DNA of 44,780 nucleotides from Gammaproteobacteria bacterium (GCA_029880755.1 JAOUNW010000003.1:1-44780); one strand, 5' to 3'. Positions 1-9,789 are shown, counted from the first letter of the stretch. Numbers and translations are program-made. The notes: generated by a model from the letters alone, not told the origin.

Positions 1-1
1 C

Positions 2-340
2 AGCCGGGTTTCCAATAAGCGCTTAAGACGCATCCGGGTATTTTCTAACGGAAGTTACTATGGCATGAACTATGAAGACCAGGAACTGGTAATCGTCTAC
101 AAAGACGGTGCTTCAGTTAACACAGAAAGCCAATTGATGACACATCAGAAAAAGATATCAGTAAAATCACGGCCTTCTCTGGAAGTGGAGTTATACGATT
201 TCACGCATTCCGTGCGCAAAGACCTGCCGCCGGTTGTAGACGGTTACGCCGGACTCGCGGCGCTGCAGGTCGCCCTTCAAGTCAAGGAAAGAATCGCGTT
301 ATGTGCCCCCAACCAGAAAACATCCCATTCATTGACCTAG
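2..340 (+). CDS. Gfo/Idh/MocA-family oxidoreductase, C-terminal part (GnnA/WbpB-like), truncated by window edge
   Basis: The frame of ORF 65..340 is open back to base 2 and reads SRVSNKRLRRIRVFSNGSYYGMNY...LEVELYDF...PVVDGYAGLAALQVA, typical of Gfo/Idh/MocA C-termini; it overlaps a DegT aminotransferase gene. Confidence 0.7.
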   Translation, partial: SRVSNKRLRRIRVFSNGSYYGMNYEDQELVIVYKDGASVNTESQLMTHQKKISVKSRPSLEVELYDFTHSVRKDLPPVVDGYAGLAALQVALQVKERIALCAPNQKTSHSLT

Positions 341-1425
341 GCCGGGAATACGACAATCTCGAACAGGAGTGGTTGTCCGAAGTCAGAAAAATCGGCACGC
401 AGGGCCACTTCGTTATGGGAGAAAATGTTACCCGGCTGGAGCAGGAAATCGCCGATTACCTGGGTACGCAACACGGTATCGCTGTTGCCAGTGGAACGGA
501 TGCCTTGGTGTTGTCACTTCTGGCCTTAGGTATTGGGTCGGGCGACGAAGTGATTGTTTCGCCCTTCAGTTTCTTTTCCAGTGCTGAGGCCATCAGTATT
601 GTCGGAGCAACGCCTGTATTTGCCGACATCCTGCCTGACACTTTTCACATTGACCCCGCCTGCATCGAAAAGCGAATCTCGAAAAGGACCCGCGCTATCT
701 TACCGATTCATATCTTCGGCGCACCGGCAGACATGGGTTCAATCATGCGCCTGGCGGAGGCCAGTAATGTTGCCGTCATTGAAGACTGTGCACAGGCATT
801 CGGGGCCGAATATTACAACAAAAAGGCTGGCGGTCTTGGGACGACGGGGTGTTTTAGTTTTTACCCAACCAAAATCTTGAGTTGTTATGGTGATGGCGGT
901 TTTATCAGCACAGACGATGCAGACATTGCTGCACATTTAAGAACACTGCGTAACCATGGCGCGACCGATCCATTTATGCACGCGGAAATTGGCAGGAATA
1001 GCCGCTTGGACGAGATCCAGGCAGCCTTACTCCGGATAAAACTGAGAAATATCGACCAAATCCTGGAGGCGAGACGAAACGTGGCTGAAAGGTATAACGA
1101 GCGACTGGCTGATATTGTACGGTCAGTTCCTCTTTACCCGGAAAACAGCCGCCATGCTTATAATGTATACACTATCCGCACCGCCAATCGCGACCGGGTT
1201 AAGCAGTATCTTACAAGCCATGGCGTGAACGTGGCCGTGTGTTATCCCAAACCCCTGCACCTGCAGTCAGTCTACAAACAATTAAACTATCAATACGGTG
1301 ATCTGCCCGTTAGCGAGCAGGTCTGCCGGGAAGTTCTTTCCCTGCCAATCTACCCAAACATGCCCACACAACACATAGACCGTGTCTGCGAATTAATTCA
1401 GAAAACCTCTAAAATCCTGCAATAG
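301..1425 (+). CDS. DegT/DnrJ/EryC1/StrS PLP-dependent sugar aminotransferase (GnnB/WbpE-like)
   Basis: IPFIDL, SGTDAL, EDCAQAFGA, SFYPTK (PLP lysine), NSRLDEIQAA, LSLPIYP motifs. Confidence 0.93.
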   Translation: MCPQPENIPFIDLGREYDNLEQEWLSEVRKIGTQGHFVMGENVTRLEQEIADYLGTQHGIAVASGTDALVLSLLALGIGSGDEVIVSPFSFFSSAEAISIVGATPVFADILPDTFHIDPACIEKRISKRTRAILPIHIFGAPADMGSIMRLAEASNVAVIEDCAQAFGAEYYNKKAGGLGTTGCFSFYPTKILSCYGDGGFISTDDADIAAHLRTLRNHGATDPFMHAEIGRNSRLDEIQAALLRIKLRNIDQILEARRNVAERYNERLADIVRSVPLYPENSRHAYNVYTIRTANRDRVKQYLTSHGVNVAVCYPKPLHLQSVYKQLNYQYGDLPVSEQVCREVLSLPIYPNMPTQHIDRVCELIQKTSKILQ

Positions 1426-1461
1426 CACTACCGGACCGGAAACGGTTACAATTTGGCCTGT

Positions 1462-2121
1462 ATGTCTGGCCCCGAAAAAATTACCCACTCTCTCGATCTT
1501 GTCGAAGAAATTGATGCCTGGCTACCGCAAACCCAGTGCGGTCAGTGCGGCTATCCCCGCTGTTGGGATTATGCCCGCGCCATTGCAGGGAATCAGGCAG
1601 ACATTAATCAATGCCCACCGGGCGACAGCATCACCATTACCGGGCTGGCCCGGCTCTTAAACAAACCTGTGGTTGCACTCAACACTGCCTTTGGTGTGCA
1701 TCGCCCACGCACCCTGGCCGTCATCAAGGAATCACTGTGTATAGGATGCACTCTGTGCATTCAGGCATGTCCAGTGGATGCCATCGTCGGCAGCGCCAAA
1801 CTGATGCACACAGTAATCGCCCAGGAATGTACTGGCTGTGAATTGTGTCTGCCGCCCTGCCCTATGGATTGTATTGAATTGGTTCCTTATGCATCCCATA
1901 AAAAAAATACAGCGGACCGCTGGCCGGAATACTCGATGGTACAGACAGATCGTGCACGCAATCGGATCAACGCCAGAATACTGCGCTTGCAGGCTGAACA
2001 GAAGCCTCTGCGCGGCAGACATCACAAACAGTCTGCAGAAGAAGTTACCGACCCGGAAAAAATACGCCGGGAAATTCAGGCGGCGCTGGTACGGGTGAAG
2101 GCGAAAAAACAAAATCGTTAG
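1462..2121 (+). CDS. rsxB: RnfB/RsxB-like Fe-S protein (stand-alone, no N-terminal membrane anchor)
   Basis: [14 protein letters not shown]...INQCPPG domain plus two CxxCxxCxxxCP motifs; lies upstream of nth; ATG at 1462 preferred over TTG at 1453. Confidence 0.85.
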   Translation: MSGPEKITHSLDLVEEIDAWLPQTQCGQCGYPRCWDYARAIAGNQADINQCPPGDSITITGLARLLNKPVVALNTAFGVHRPRTLAVIKESLCIGCTLCIQACPVDAIVGSAKLMHTVIAQECTGCELCLPPCPMDCIELVPYASHKKNTADRWPEYSMVQTDRARNRINARILRLQAEQKPLRGRHHKQSAEEVTDPEKIRREIQAALVRVKAKKQNR

Positions 2122-2179
2122 CAACCCCGACCAAACGACTCTTCATGCTTAACCCAGTAATAGCCATTATGGGCAAATT

Positions 2180-2815
2180 ATGAATGCCGAAAAAAGAAGA
2201 AAACTGTTTGAGCGCCTGCAAGGCATGGATCCGCATCCAACGACAGAACTCAAATACAGAACCCATTTTGAATTACTGGTGGCCGTGATCCTTTCGGCGC
2301 AAGCAACAGACAAGGGAGTCAACAAGGCCACCGAAAAATTATTCCCGGTGGCCAACACACCCCAGGCCATCCTGGATCTGGGTTTAACCAAGTTTAAACG
2401 CTACGTCAAAACCATCGGTCTCTACAATACAAAAGCAGCCAATATCATGAAGACCTGTAAAATACTCGTGGAGAAACATCACGGCAAAGTTCCACGCACC
2501 CGGGAAGAACTGGAGGCCCTGCCCGGTGTCGGTCGTAAAACGGCCAATGTGATTCTTAATATTGCCTACGGCGAACCGACTATTGCTGTGGATACGCATA
2601 TTTTTCGCGTTGCCAACCGCACCGGCCTGGCGCCGGGGAAAAATGTGCTGGAAGTGGAAAAAAACCTGATGAAAGCCGTGCCGAAAGACTTCAGGCAACA
2701 TGCCCACCACTGGCTAATATTACACGGTCGTTATACGTGTATTGCCAGAAAACCCCGATGCGGCAGTTGTGTGATCTATAATTTATGCGAGTATCAGGAT
2801 AAAGTAGAGCCATGA
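2180..2815 (+). CDS. nth: Endonuclease III
   Basis: LLVAVILSAQATD, HhH motif LPGVGRKTANV, AVDTHIFRV, C-x6-C-x2-C-x5-C Fe-S motif. Confidence 0.98.
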   Translation: MNAEKRRKLFERLQGMDPHPTTELKYRTHFELLVAVILSAQATDKGVNKATEKLFPVANTPQAILDLGLTKFKRYVKTIGLYNTKAANIMKTCKILVEKHHGKVPRTREELEALPGVGRKTANVILNIAYGEPTIAVDTHIFRVANRTGLAPGKNVLEVEKNLMKAVPKDFRQHAHHWLILHGRYTCIARKPRCGSCVIYNLCEYQDKVEP

Positions 2816-3912
2816 GCACCATGGATGTTTGCACTGGCCTGAGCCACGGCAACAAAGCTTATCCGGAGCACGCGGCCAAGGCAGTAAAAAAAGCGCTTGA
2901 TCGCGCCGGCCTGTCACAGGCCAATGGTGTCTTGTTATTCCTCACCCCTGAATACGCCTCCGATCCCATTCCGGCATTACGCGCCGCGGCAAAAGCGGCC
3001 GGTTGTCTGCAAATTATCGGTTGTACGGGTGCCGGTCTGCTCACAGAAGAAGAGTGGGTACTGGATAGCCCGGGCGCGGCGGCCATGGTTTTTGGCAACC
3101 ACATCCATTTAGACATCCCTTCTACCCGGTTAACGAACGAAGAACTGCGACTGAGTTTTTGCACACCGGCAGGTATGACAGCGGATTGGCTGGACACACC
3201 CGCCCCCCGCCTGGGCGCGGTCTCGGGCGACGTTTTCGGCCAGGGGCCTTTCGTGGTCTGGAGTGGAGGACGAATTAATGATGGCCAGCACGTGGATACC
3301 GTCGTCAAAGGCGCCACCGGCGTGTTACTGGCTTCGCAGGGTGTGCATGCCTTGACCTCGCCCATCGAGGTAGCAGAAGTGGAAGGTTACGATGTCAGAC
3401 GCCTGGGCAACTACCCGGCGCTCAATGTGTTGGTACAATCTCTGCCGGAGCAGGTACGGGAAATGAAACGTCTGCCCTTCCATTTAATTATGGGTGGCGT
3501 CACCATCGGTGACCCGGCAACGGCGATTCGTGACGGTCGCTATCGGCTTAACCATATTATTTCTGCTAATCTCACGGACCAGTCCATTACGTTGTCTCAT
3601 CCACTCCATCCCGGTGAGCGCCTGTTCTGGGCCATGCGTGACGCCCTGACCGCCGAGCAAGCCATGCAGACATCCATCAAACAGGCGGAACAGCAATTAG
3701 GAACCCGGCCGGATTTTGGTTTTTTGTTTCCCTGCATGGGGCGGGGCCCGCATTTCTACGGTAATCGGGACCGGGACCTGGAGGTCATGAAATCCCGTTT
3801 TCCTGGCATGCCTATTATCGGGTTTTACGGCAATGGTGAGATCGGCCCGTTGGATGGCGCCAATCACTTGTACCAATATTCCGCGGTAGCAGGGCTTTTC
3901 AAGGCAAATTGA
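2812..3912 (+). CDS. FIST-domain (FIST_N/FIST_C) signal-transduction protein
   Basis: IIGCTGAG, C-terminal FPCMGRG and GFYGNGEIGP motifs; ATGA overlap with nth stop. Confidence 0.85.
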   Translation: MSTMDVCTGLSHGNKAYPEHAAKAVKKALDRAGLSQANGVLLFLTPEYASDPIPALRAAAKAAGCLQIIGCTGAGLLTEEEWVLDSPGAAAMVFGNHIHLDIPSTRLTNEELRLSFCTPAGMTADWLDTPAPRLGAVSGDVFGQGPFVVWSGGRINDGQHVDTVVKGATGVLLASQGVHALTSPIEVAEVEGYDVRRLGNYPALNVLVQSLPEQVREMKRLPFHLIMGGVTIGDPATAIRDGRYRLNHIISANLTDQSITLSHPLHPGERLFWAMRDALTAEQAMQTSIKQAEQQLGTRPDFGFLFPCMGRGPHFYGNRDRDLEVMKSRFPGMPIIGFYGNGEIGPLDGANHLYQYSAVAGLFKAN

Positions 3913-3954
3913 CCTTATTTCAGAGCGTGACCCCAAAAACTCTCCCTGACTGGT

Positions 3955-3981
3955 GAACTTACCCGTCATCGCCAGGTCTCA
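3955..3981 (+). promoter_or_regulatory. Candidate ECF (RpoE/AlgU-like) promoter for the RiPP operon
   Basis: GAACTT-N16-TCTCA about 115 bp upstream of the precursor ATG; resembles the GAACTT-N16-TCTnA consensus. Confidence 0.4.
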
Positions 3982-4095
3982 CCCACCAGTAACGAGTTCG
4001 TTGACAAATATCAACATTTTCGTGATGGTGCTGATACCGGTTTCGTTACGGCAATCGACAATCGACAATCTAACAATCTTTAGGAGCTATGAAAC

Positions 4096-4446
4096 ATGGC
4101 AAGTAAGAACAAAATGACCCCCCTGGCCGCCGCTATCGGCGTTTCCATTGCAGCTAGTCTGGCTACCCTGCCCCTGGCCGGTGCAGCAGAAAATCCATTC
4201 GCCATGAAAGACATTGGCAGTGGCTATAAGGTGGCTGAAGAAGGCAAGTGCGGTGGCAAGAAAGACGCCAAAGAAGGCGAATGCGGTGGCAAGAAGGAAG
4301 AAGCCAAGAAAGAAGGCAAGTGCGGTGGCAAGAAAGAAGAGGCCAAAGGCAAGAAGGAAGGCCAATGCGGTGAAGGCAAGTGCGGCGCCGACAAGAAGCA
4401 TGACGAAAAGGAAAAGAAAGAAGGTAACTGCGGCGGCAAGAAGTAA
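4096..4446 (+). CDS. Secreted MNIO RiPP precursor, HvfA/oxazolin (bufferin-related) family, six EGxCG repeats
   Basis: Signal peptide ending AGA-A, ENPF motif, Lys/Glu/Gly-rich core with EGKCG, EGECG, EGKCG, EGQCG, EGKCG, EGNCG; GGAG RBS; directly upstream of DUF692. Confidence 0.9.
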   Translation: MASKNKMTPLAAAIGVSIAASLATLPLAGAAENPFAMKDIGSGYKVAEEGKCGGKKDAKEGECGGKKEEAKKEGKCGGKKEEAKGKKEGQCGEGKCGADKKHDEKEKKEGNCGGKK

Positions 4447-4457
4447 GTCGTTAGTCA

Positions 4458-5318
4458 ATGGACACCAAAACTTATCCCGTTCATGGTGCCGGACTCGGTT
4501 TAAAGCGGGCCCTCATGGGCCCGCTGGCTGAGGCCTCTCCGACACAAATCAATTTTCTGGAAGTGGCTCCGGAGAACTGGATTGGTGTTGGCGGAAAATA
4601 TGGAAAACAATTTCATCGTTTCACGGAACGCTACCCGTTCCTGGCCCACGGACTTTCATTATCTATCGGCGGACCCGATAAACTGGACACCGCTTTTGTC
4701 CGAGATGTAAAAAACTTTCTCGACCAGTTTAATATCCGTTGTTACAGCGAACACCTGAGTTATTGCAGTGACGGCGGACACCTTTACGATCTTATGCCTA
4801 TCCCTTTTACCGAAGAAGCGGTTCACTATGTAGTAACTCGCATCCGGGAGGTGCAGGATATTCTAGAGCGGCGCATTGCCATGGAAAACATCTCCTACTA
4901 TGCCGCGCCTGGACAGGAAATGTCCGAAATCGATTTTATTAATGCCGTACTCAAAGAAGCCGACTGTGATTTGCTGCTGGATGTGAACAACATTTACGTT
5001 AACAGCATTAATCACGGCTATGACGCTGAAGAATTTCTCAAGGCATTGCCCGCCGAGCGGGTCGCCTATTTCCATATTGCGGGCCATTACAAGGAAGCGG
5101 AAGATTTGCTGGTGGATACCCATGGCGCGCCTGTGATCGACACGGTCTGGGATCTGCTGGACAAAGCCTATGAACATGTCGGAGTTGTGCCGACCCTGCT
5201 GGAACGCGATTTTAATATTCCGCCGTTGCAGGAATTATTAACGGAAATGGACCGCATTATTGAAATACAAAACAACTGGAGTCTGCGCAGTGAACCCTCT
5301 GCAGTCAAAACCCGCTAA
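4458..5318 (+). CDS. Multinuclear non-heme iron oxidative enzyme (MNIO, DUF692; HvfB/BufB family)
   Basis: [48 protein letters not shown] motifs. Confidence 0.95.
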   Translation: MDTKTYPVHGAGLGLKRALMGPLAEASPTQINFLEVAPENWIGVGGKYGKQFHRFTERYPFLAHGLSLSIGGPDKLDTAFVRDVKNFLDQFNIRCYSEHLSYCSDGGHLYDLMPIPFTEEAVHYVVTRIREVQDILERRIAMENISYYAAPGQEMSEIDFINAVLKEADCDLLLDVNNIYVNSINHGYDAEEFLKALPAERVAYFHIAGHYKEAEDLLVDTHGAPVIDTVWDLLDKAYEHVGVVPTLLERDFNIPPLQELLTEMDRIIEIQNNWSLRSEPSAVKTR

Positions 5319-6072
5319 CCAACCTGAATTTATTCGCAGACAACTGGAGTTTGCCGCCAATATCCGCCACCCGGATAATGCCGCACCTGCTGATATCGAG
5401 GATCGGCGCATGGCTGTCTATCGCGAGCTGTTTTACAACAATGTCGAGGATTTCATGGCCGGCAGTTACCCGGTAATCCGGGAGTTAATGGACGATGAAA
5501 GTTGGCATGCCATGATCCGGGATTATTATTCACGCCACAAAGCGAAAACGCCGCTGTTTCCGACGATGCCGGCGGAATTCCTGGATTACCTGCAGAACGA
5601 AAGAAACTCGGAAAATGATCCGCCATTTCTGATAGAACTGGCACATTACGAATGGATAGAGCTGGCCCTCGCTGTGTCGGATGAATCCATTGATATGCAG
5701 ACGATTGATCCCAATGCCAGCCTGCTAGAGGCGAGTCCGGTTATCTCACCTGTTGCGCTATCCTTAAGCTACGCGTTTCCGGTGCATAAAATTTCCCCCG
5801 ACTTCAAACCCACGCACCCGGACAACACACCAACTTTTTTGGTGGTGTACCGAAATCGGCAGGACCACGTAAAATTCCTGGAGATTAACGCAGTAACGTT
5901 CCGTTTGTTACAGCTTATCTCCGATAATCCAGTGCTGACAGGCAACGAAGTTCTTAATCATGTTGCATCGGAGCTGCCCGGACTGGACCGGGACGTGGTA
6001 CTAAAGAATGGCCAGCGGGCACTGGAAGATCTCAAATCATTCGGCATTATTTTGGGGGCCCGAAAAACCTAA
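5290..6072 (+). CDS. DUF2063 MNIO partner protein (HvfC/BufC family)
   Basis: [37 protein letters not shown] motifs; GTG at 5290 preceded by GGAG and overlapping the MNIO 3' end. Confidence 0.9.
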   Translation: MNPLQSKPANQPEFIRRQLEFAANIRHPDNAAPADIEDRRMAVYRELFYNNVEDFMAGSYPVIRELMDDESWHAMIRDYYSRHKAKTPLFPTMPAEFLDYLQNERNSENDPPFLIELAHYEWIELALAVSDESIDMQTIDPNASLLEASPVISPVALSLSYAFPVHKISPDFKPTHPDNTPTFLVVYRNRQDHVKFLEINAVTFRLLQLISDNPVLTGNEVLNHVASELPGLDRDVVLKNGQRALEDLKSFGIILGARKT

Positions 6073-6161
6073 TCTGTCATGAGGGGCGAGAACCACAGCC
6101 CCCTCACTCTTCAGGCAAATCAGCATCACCAACTCAAAGCTGATTCATTTCAGGAGAATAC

Positions 6162-6632
6162 ATGGAAACCATCAATCACTATTATTTTATGGCAACAGAC
6201 AAGCTGAATTGGCTTGGTCAATATGTCGCCGGCCTGGTGTTACGTCTGCTATTGGCCTGGGAGTTTTGGGAAGCGGGTATTGAGAAATTCCGGGGCGAAA
6301 ACTGGTTTGCCGATATTCAGGGCAATTTTCCTTTTCCATTCAGCGTTATTCCTGCAGACATCAGCTGGTTCCTGGCAACCTGGACCGAGATTCTGGGTGC
6401 AGTGGGACTGGTTCTGGGACTAGCGACACGCTTCTGGAGTGCCGGTCTCATCATTCTTACTGTTGTTGCCTGGTCCAGCGTCCATGCCGGGAACGGTTAC
6501 AATGTGTGTGACAATGGATTCAAATTGCCCCTGATGTATCTTATTATGTTCATTCCTTTGTTAACCCAAGGGGCCGGTAAAGCGAGTCTGGACCACTGGA
6601 TTTCACACTACATAACCAAAAAACCCGCTTGA
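6162..6632 (+). CDS. DoxX-family membrane protein (HvfX-like)
   Basis: LRLLLAWEFWEAGIEK, ATWTE, LGLATR, GYNVCDNGFKLPL, GAGKASLD; AGGAG RBS. Confidence 0.9.
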   Translation: METINHYYFMATDKLNWLGQYVAGLVLRLLLAWEFWEAGIEKFRGENWFADIQGNFPFPFSVIPADISWFLATWTEILGAVGLVLGLATRFWSAGLIILTVVAWSSVHAGNGYNVCDNGFKLPLMYLIMFIPLLTQGAGKASLDHWISHYITKKPA

Positions 6633-6657
6633 GTACATTAGCCGGCCCAGGACAATT

Positions 6658-7656
6658 ATGACTGATCTTGCTATACACCGCTTTCCACCCGACACGATTC
6701 CTGCATTTAATGAGTCATTGCATAATGCCGGTTGGTCGCCATTGCGCCGCGCACCGTTGACCGAACTTCAAGTCAATGTAGGCAAACTATGTAACCAGGC
6801 ATGCAATCATTGCCATGTGGATGCCGGGCCCAAGCGCACGGAAATAATGGCCTGGGAAACCATGACGCGCATTCTGCATTGGCGCCGGGAGTCCGGCCTG
6901 ACCAAAGTTGATATAACCGGCGGTGCTCCGGAATTAAACCCCCACTTTCGCCGATTTGTTGACTCATTGGTTAACGATGGTGTGCAGGTAACATGCCGGT
7001 GCAATCTTACAGTCTTACTTGAAACGGGACAGGAGGATCTGGCCCAGTGGTATGCCAATCGCGGCATTCGTTTGGTGTGTTCCCTGCCTTGCTACAATCA
7101 AGATAATGTTGATGCGCAACGCGGTAGAGGCGTTTTTCTCAAGAGCATTGAGGCACTAAAACTACTGAACAAGGAAGGTTACGGAAAACGGGAAACATTA
7201 ACATTGGATCTTGTTTATAATCCTAATGGCGCCTTTCTGCCGCCCGAACAAAGTAAACTGGAACTGGATTACAAAAAGAATCTGTTTGAGCAATATGGCA
7301 TTGAGTTTACGCGCCTGCTGACATTATCCAATCTCCCAATCAGCCGTTTTCAGCACTATCTGGAAAGGACCGGAAAAGAATGGGAATACTGGAATTTATT
7401 ATACGAGAAATTCAATCCAGGCACGCTGGAGGGCTTAATGTGTCGACACCTGATCAGTGTCGATTGGCAAGGCAAAGTGTACGACTGCGACTTTAATCAA
7501 ATGCTCGAACTGCCATTAGCCAGTTCCGGCCACACCTATCTTTGGCAAATTAACAGCCGGAATTTAACCAACAGCCCTATCGCTGTGGGCAGTCATTGTT
7601 ACGGTTGTACTGCCGGCGCGGGTAGCAGTTGCGGCGGGGCACTAACCGATTTGTAG
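6658..7656 (+). CDS. arsS: ArsS-family radical SAM protein (TIGR04167-type, Cys-rich C-terminus)
   Basis: LQVNVGKLCNQACNHCHVDAGP (CxxxCxxC), DITGGAPELNP, YDCDFNQML, HCYGCTAGAGSSCGGAL. Confidence 0.9.
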   Translation: MTDLAIHRFPPDTIPAFNESLHNAGWSPLRRAPLTELQVNVGKLCNQACNHCHVDAGPKRTEIMAWETMTRILHWRRESGLTKVDITGGAPELNPHFRRFVDSLVNDGVQVTCRCNLTVLLETGQEDLAQWYANRGIRLVCSLPCYNQDNVDAQRGRGVFLKSIEALKLLNKEGYGKRETLTLDLVYNPNGAFLPPEQSKLELDYKKNLFEQYGIEFTRLLTLSNLPISRFQHYLERTGKEWEYWNLLYEKFNPGTLEGLMCRHLISVDWQGKVYDCDFNQMLELPLASSGHTYLWQINSRNLTNSPIAVGSHCYGCTAGAGSSCGGALTDL

Positions 7657-7666
7657 CCCGCATTAT

Positions 7667-8299
7667 TCAGTCAGCAACAAACTGCTTCAGAGGTTCATAC
7701 ACCTGAGACACGAGCCATAAATCATCCCAGGTATCAATATCTTTCAACATTGGTAACAACTCAAACGTTATGCTCGCCTGACTGGCTTTATCCATCGTGG
7801 ATTTCAAAACCGAGGCTGTGCCCCACGCGATGTCCTTGAACAAAGACTGCTCCATGACGGCAAGACCAATGAGATAGTAGCCGCCGTCATCGGTGGGGCC
7901 GATAACGCTTTCGTCGTCTGCCAGGAAGTCATACGCTTTCTCTATTACCTCCCCGGGACAGTGGGGTATATCGATACCCATAATGGCAGCGGCGCCCTTT
8001 CGATTAATGTGGTACTCCATGGCACTGGCCATTTTCTGGCCCAGGTCACCTGAACCCTGGTCCTTTAGTACAATGTGTAACTCCTGCGCCAGAGACTGAA
8101 ACACGGGATGATTGCTATCCGGCGAACCATAAAGAAAAACATCGCCGGGCCAGTTTTCCACGGCATTTTGGCAACTCGTTCGTATCAAAAATTCGGAAAT
8201 CTCCGCCGCCTTTTCCGGACCGCACACGGACTGCAAACGCGTCTTACTCTGTCCCGGAATGGGGTGCCGGGCAAATAGCAGCAGATCTGGATTTTTCAC
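7667..8299 (-). CDS. TIGR04282/DUF2064-family transferase (radical SAM/arsenosugar-associated)
   Basis: FARHPIPGQSKTRL, QGSGDLGQKM, IGPTDDGGYYLIG, DIDTWDDL. Confidence 0.88.
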   Translation of the reverse strand: MKNPDLLLFARHPIPGQSKTRLQSVCGPEKAAEISEFLIRTSCQNAVENWPGDVFLYGSPDSNHPVFQSLAQELHIVLKDQGSGDLGQKMASAMEYHINRKGAAAIMGIDIPHCPGEVIEKAYDFLADDESVIGPTDDGGYYLIGLAVMEQSLFKDIAWGTASVLKSTMDKASQASITFELLPMLKDIDTWDDLWLVSQVYEPLKQFVAD

Positions 8300-8300
8300 A

Positions 8301-9044
8301 TTAACGGACCGCGTTATAAAATATGATTAACTTCCCCGGGGAAACACCGGCCCAAAACAGCAGCCGTAATACCCACATAGTCAGTATAGTCACTAAAATG
8401 CCGTTTTGTTGCCAGCGGCGGGCTGATGTGATGGCTTTTTGGGAAATCATGGCCGGTTGGCCAATCTCCTTGAGTCGTTTTGACAGGACGATGTCTTCCA
8501 TCAGTGGTATGTCGGGATAACCTCCCACTACCTCGAAGGCATCACGGCGAACAAATAGCGCCTGATCACCTGTAACAATCCCTGTGATTCGGGAGCGTAG
8601 ATTCATGGCTGCTTCAATGAGCCGATACCAGACTCCCGGATGATCCAGCCGGACATCAAACCGACCCCAGACATCACCCCTGCGCAGACATCGCTGCACC
8701 GTTAAAATTGCGTCTTCAGGTAACCGGGTATCCGCATGCAGGAATAACAACGCATCGCTGGCAGCCATTCGAGCCCCGGCATTCATTTGACAGGCCCGGC
8801 CTGTTGCGCACTGGAGCAGCCGAACATGGCTGCCCTTCGCGATCGCCACCCTGACTAACTCACACGTGGCATCCCGACTACCGCCGTCCACCACAATCAG
8901 CTCCTTGTACTGACTAGAGCTTAAATGCGCCAGCAATGCCTCGATGGTTTTTTCTTCATTCAAAACAGGAACAATAACGGCGACACTGGGTTCCCTGATA
9001 CGCATTGCCCTCGACATCAAGCGATCAGGATTTACCGCTGTCAC
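8301..9044 (-). CDS. TIGR04283-family GT2 glycosyltransferase (radical SAM/arsenosugar-associated); start codon uncertain
   Basis: VPVLNE, VVDGGSRD, GRACQMNAGA, FLHADT, GDQALF, PLMED, TSARRW. Confidence 0.9.
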   Translation of the reverse strand: MTAVNPDRLMSRAMRIREPSVAVIVPVLNEEKTIEALLAHLSSSQYKELIVVDGGSRDATCELVRVAIAKGSHVRLLQCATGRACQMNAGARMAASDALLFLHADTRLPEDAILTVQRCLRRGDVWGRFDVRLDHPGVWYRLIEAAMNLRSRITGIVTGDQALFVRRDAFEVVGGYPDIPLMEDIVLSKRLKEIGQPAMISQKAITSARRWQQNGILVTILTMWVLRLLFWAGVSPGKLIIFYNAVR

Positions 9045-9279
9045 CCGGACTGTTACCCAACATACTTTGTCGAGCCAGTTTCACTATGAGAATCAGGCAG
9101 GCCGAGCCGTGCAGGAAAAGATCGAATATATCGATTGGACGGGAAAGAGAACCGTGCACCAACATTTTTATTTTTTCCCACACATGCGGTTCCGGTGACA
9201 ACGGCGCCAATGACAGAAATGCTGTTACTATAACGGTGGGCAGAAAAGGCAACTTGTCAATCCATCTTATTACTTTCAT
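9025..9279 (-). CDS. Small membrane protein of unknown function
   Basis: Two hydrophobic segments flanking [13 protein letters not shown]...[11 protein letters not shown]; start overlaps gloA stop (ATGA). Confidence 0.7.
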   Translation of the reverse strand: MKVIRWIDKLPFLPTVIVTAFLSLAPLSPEPHVWEKIKMLVHGSLSRPIDIFDLFLHGSACLILIVKLARQSMLGNSPGDSGKS

Positions 9280-9677
9280 TTCCCGCTATCTCTGCTGGAT
9301 GCCTGAATCAGTTCAATCTTGTAACCGTCTGGATCTTCAACGAAGGCTATCACTGTCGTACCGTGCTTCATCGGGCCAGCCTCCCTGACCACATTACCAC
9401 CTCGTTCGCGTATCCGATCACAAGCTGCGTAAGCATCCTCGACTTCAATGGCAATATGACCAAAACCCTTACCGATATCATACTTGTCCGTATCCCAGTT
9501 GTAGGTGAGCTCAATCACCGCCTCGCGGGATTCTGGGCCATAACCGACGAATGCCAACGTGAATTGGCCATCCGGATATTCCTTACGGCGCAATAACTGC
9601 ATCCCAAGGACTTCGGAATAAAACGCAATGGATTTGTCCAGGTTTCCTACCCGTAACATGGTATGTAGTATTCGCAC
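9276..9677 (-). CDS. gloA: Lactoylglutathione lyase (glyoxalase I)
   Basis: [51 protein letters not shown]. Confidence 0.96.
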   Translation of the reverse strand: MRILHTMLRVGNLDKSIAFYSEVLGMQLLRRKEYPDGQFTLAFVGYGPESREAVIELTYNWDTDKYDIGKGFGHIAIEVEDAYAACDRIRERGGNVVREAGPMKHGTTVIAFVEDPDGYKIELIQASSRDSGK

Positions 9678-9789
9678 TGTCTCGCCTCTTTTCTGATCAA
9701 GATACAGTGCTGATTATTGCAAATATCTCCGTCTCTTAATACTGCTTGTCATTTTGGGAGAGGCGGCAATACAGTGGCCGAAGCGCCAC

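Noticed and set aside
4087-4531. Alternative-frame ORFs over the RiPP precursor (4087..4458 -, 4214..4531 +, 4224..4439 -)
   Set aside because: Shadows of the low-complexity repeat gene
7600-7656. Selenocysteine in the ArsS C-terminus
   Set aside because: GSSCGG uses TGC and the ORF ends at TAG; no in-frame TGA
9276-9677. ArsI C-As lyase, suggested by the arsenic-related neighbours
   Set aside because: Sequence carries canonical glyoxalase I motifs and no vicinal Cys pair
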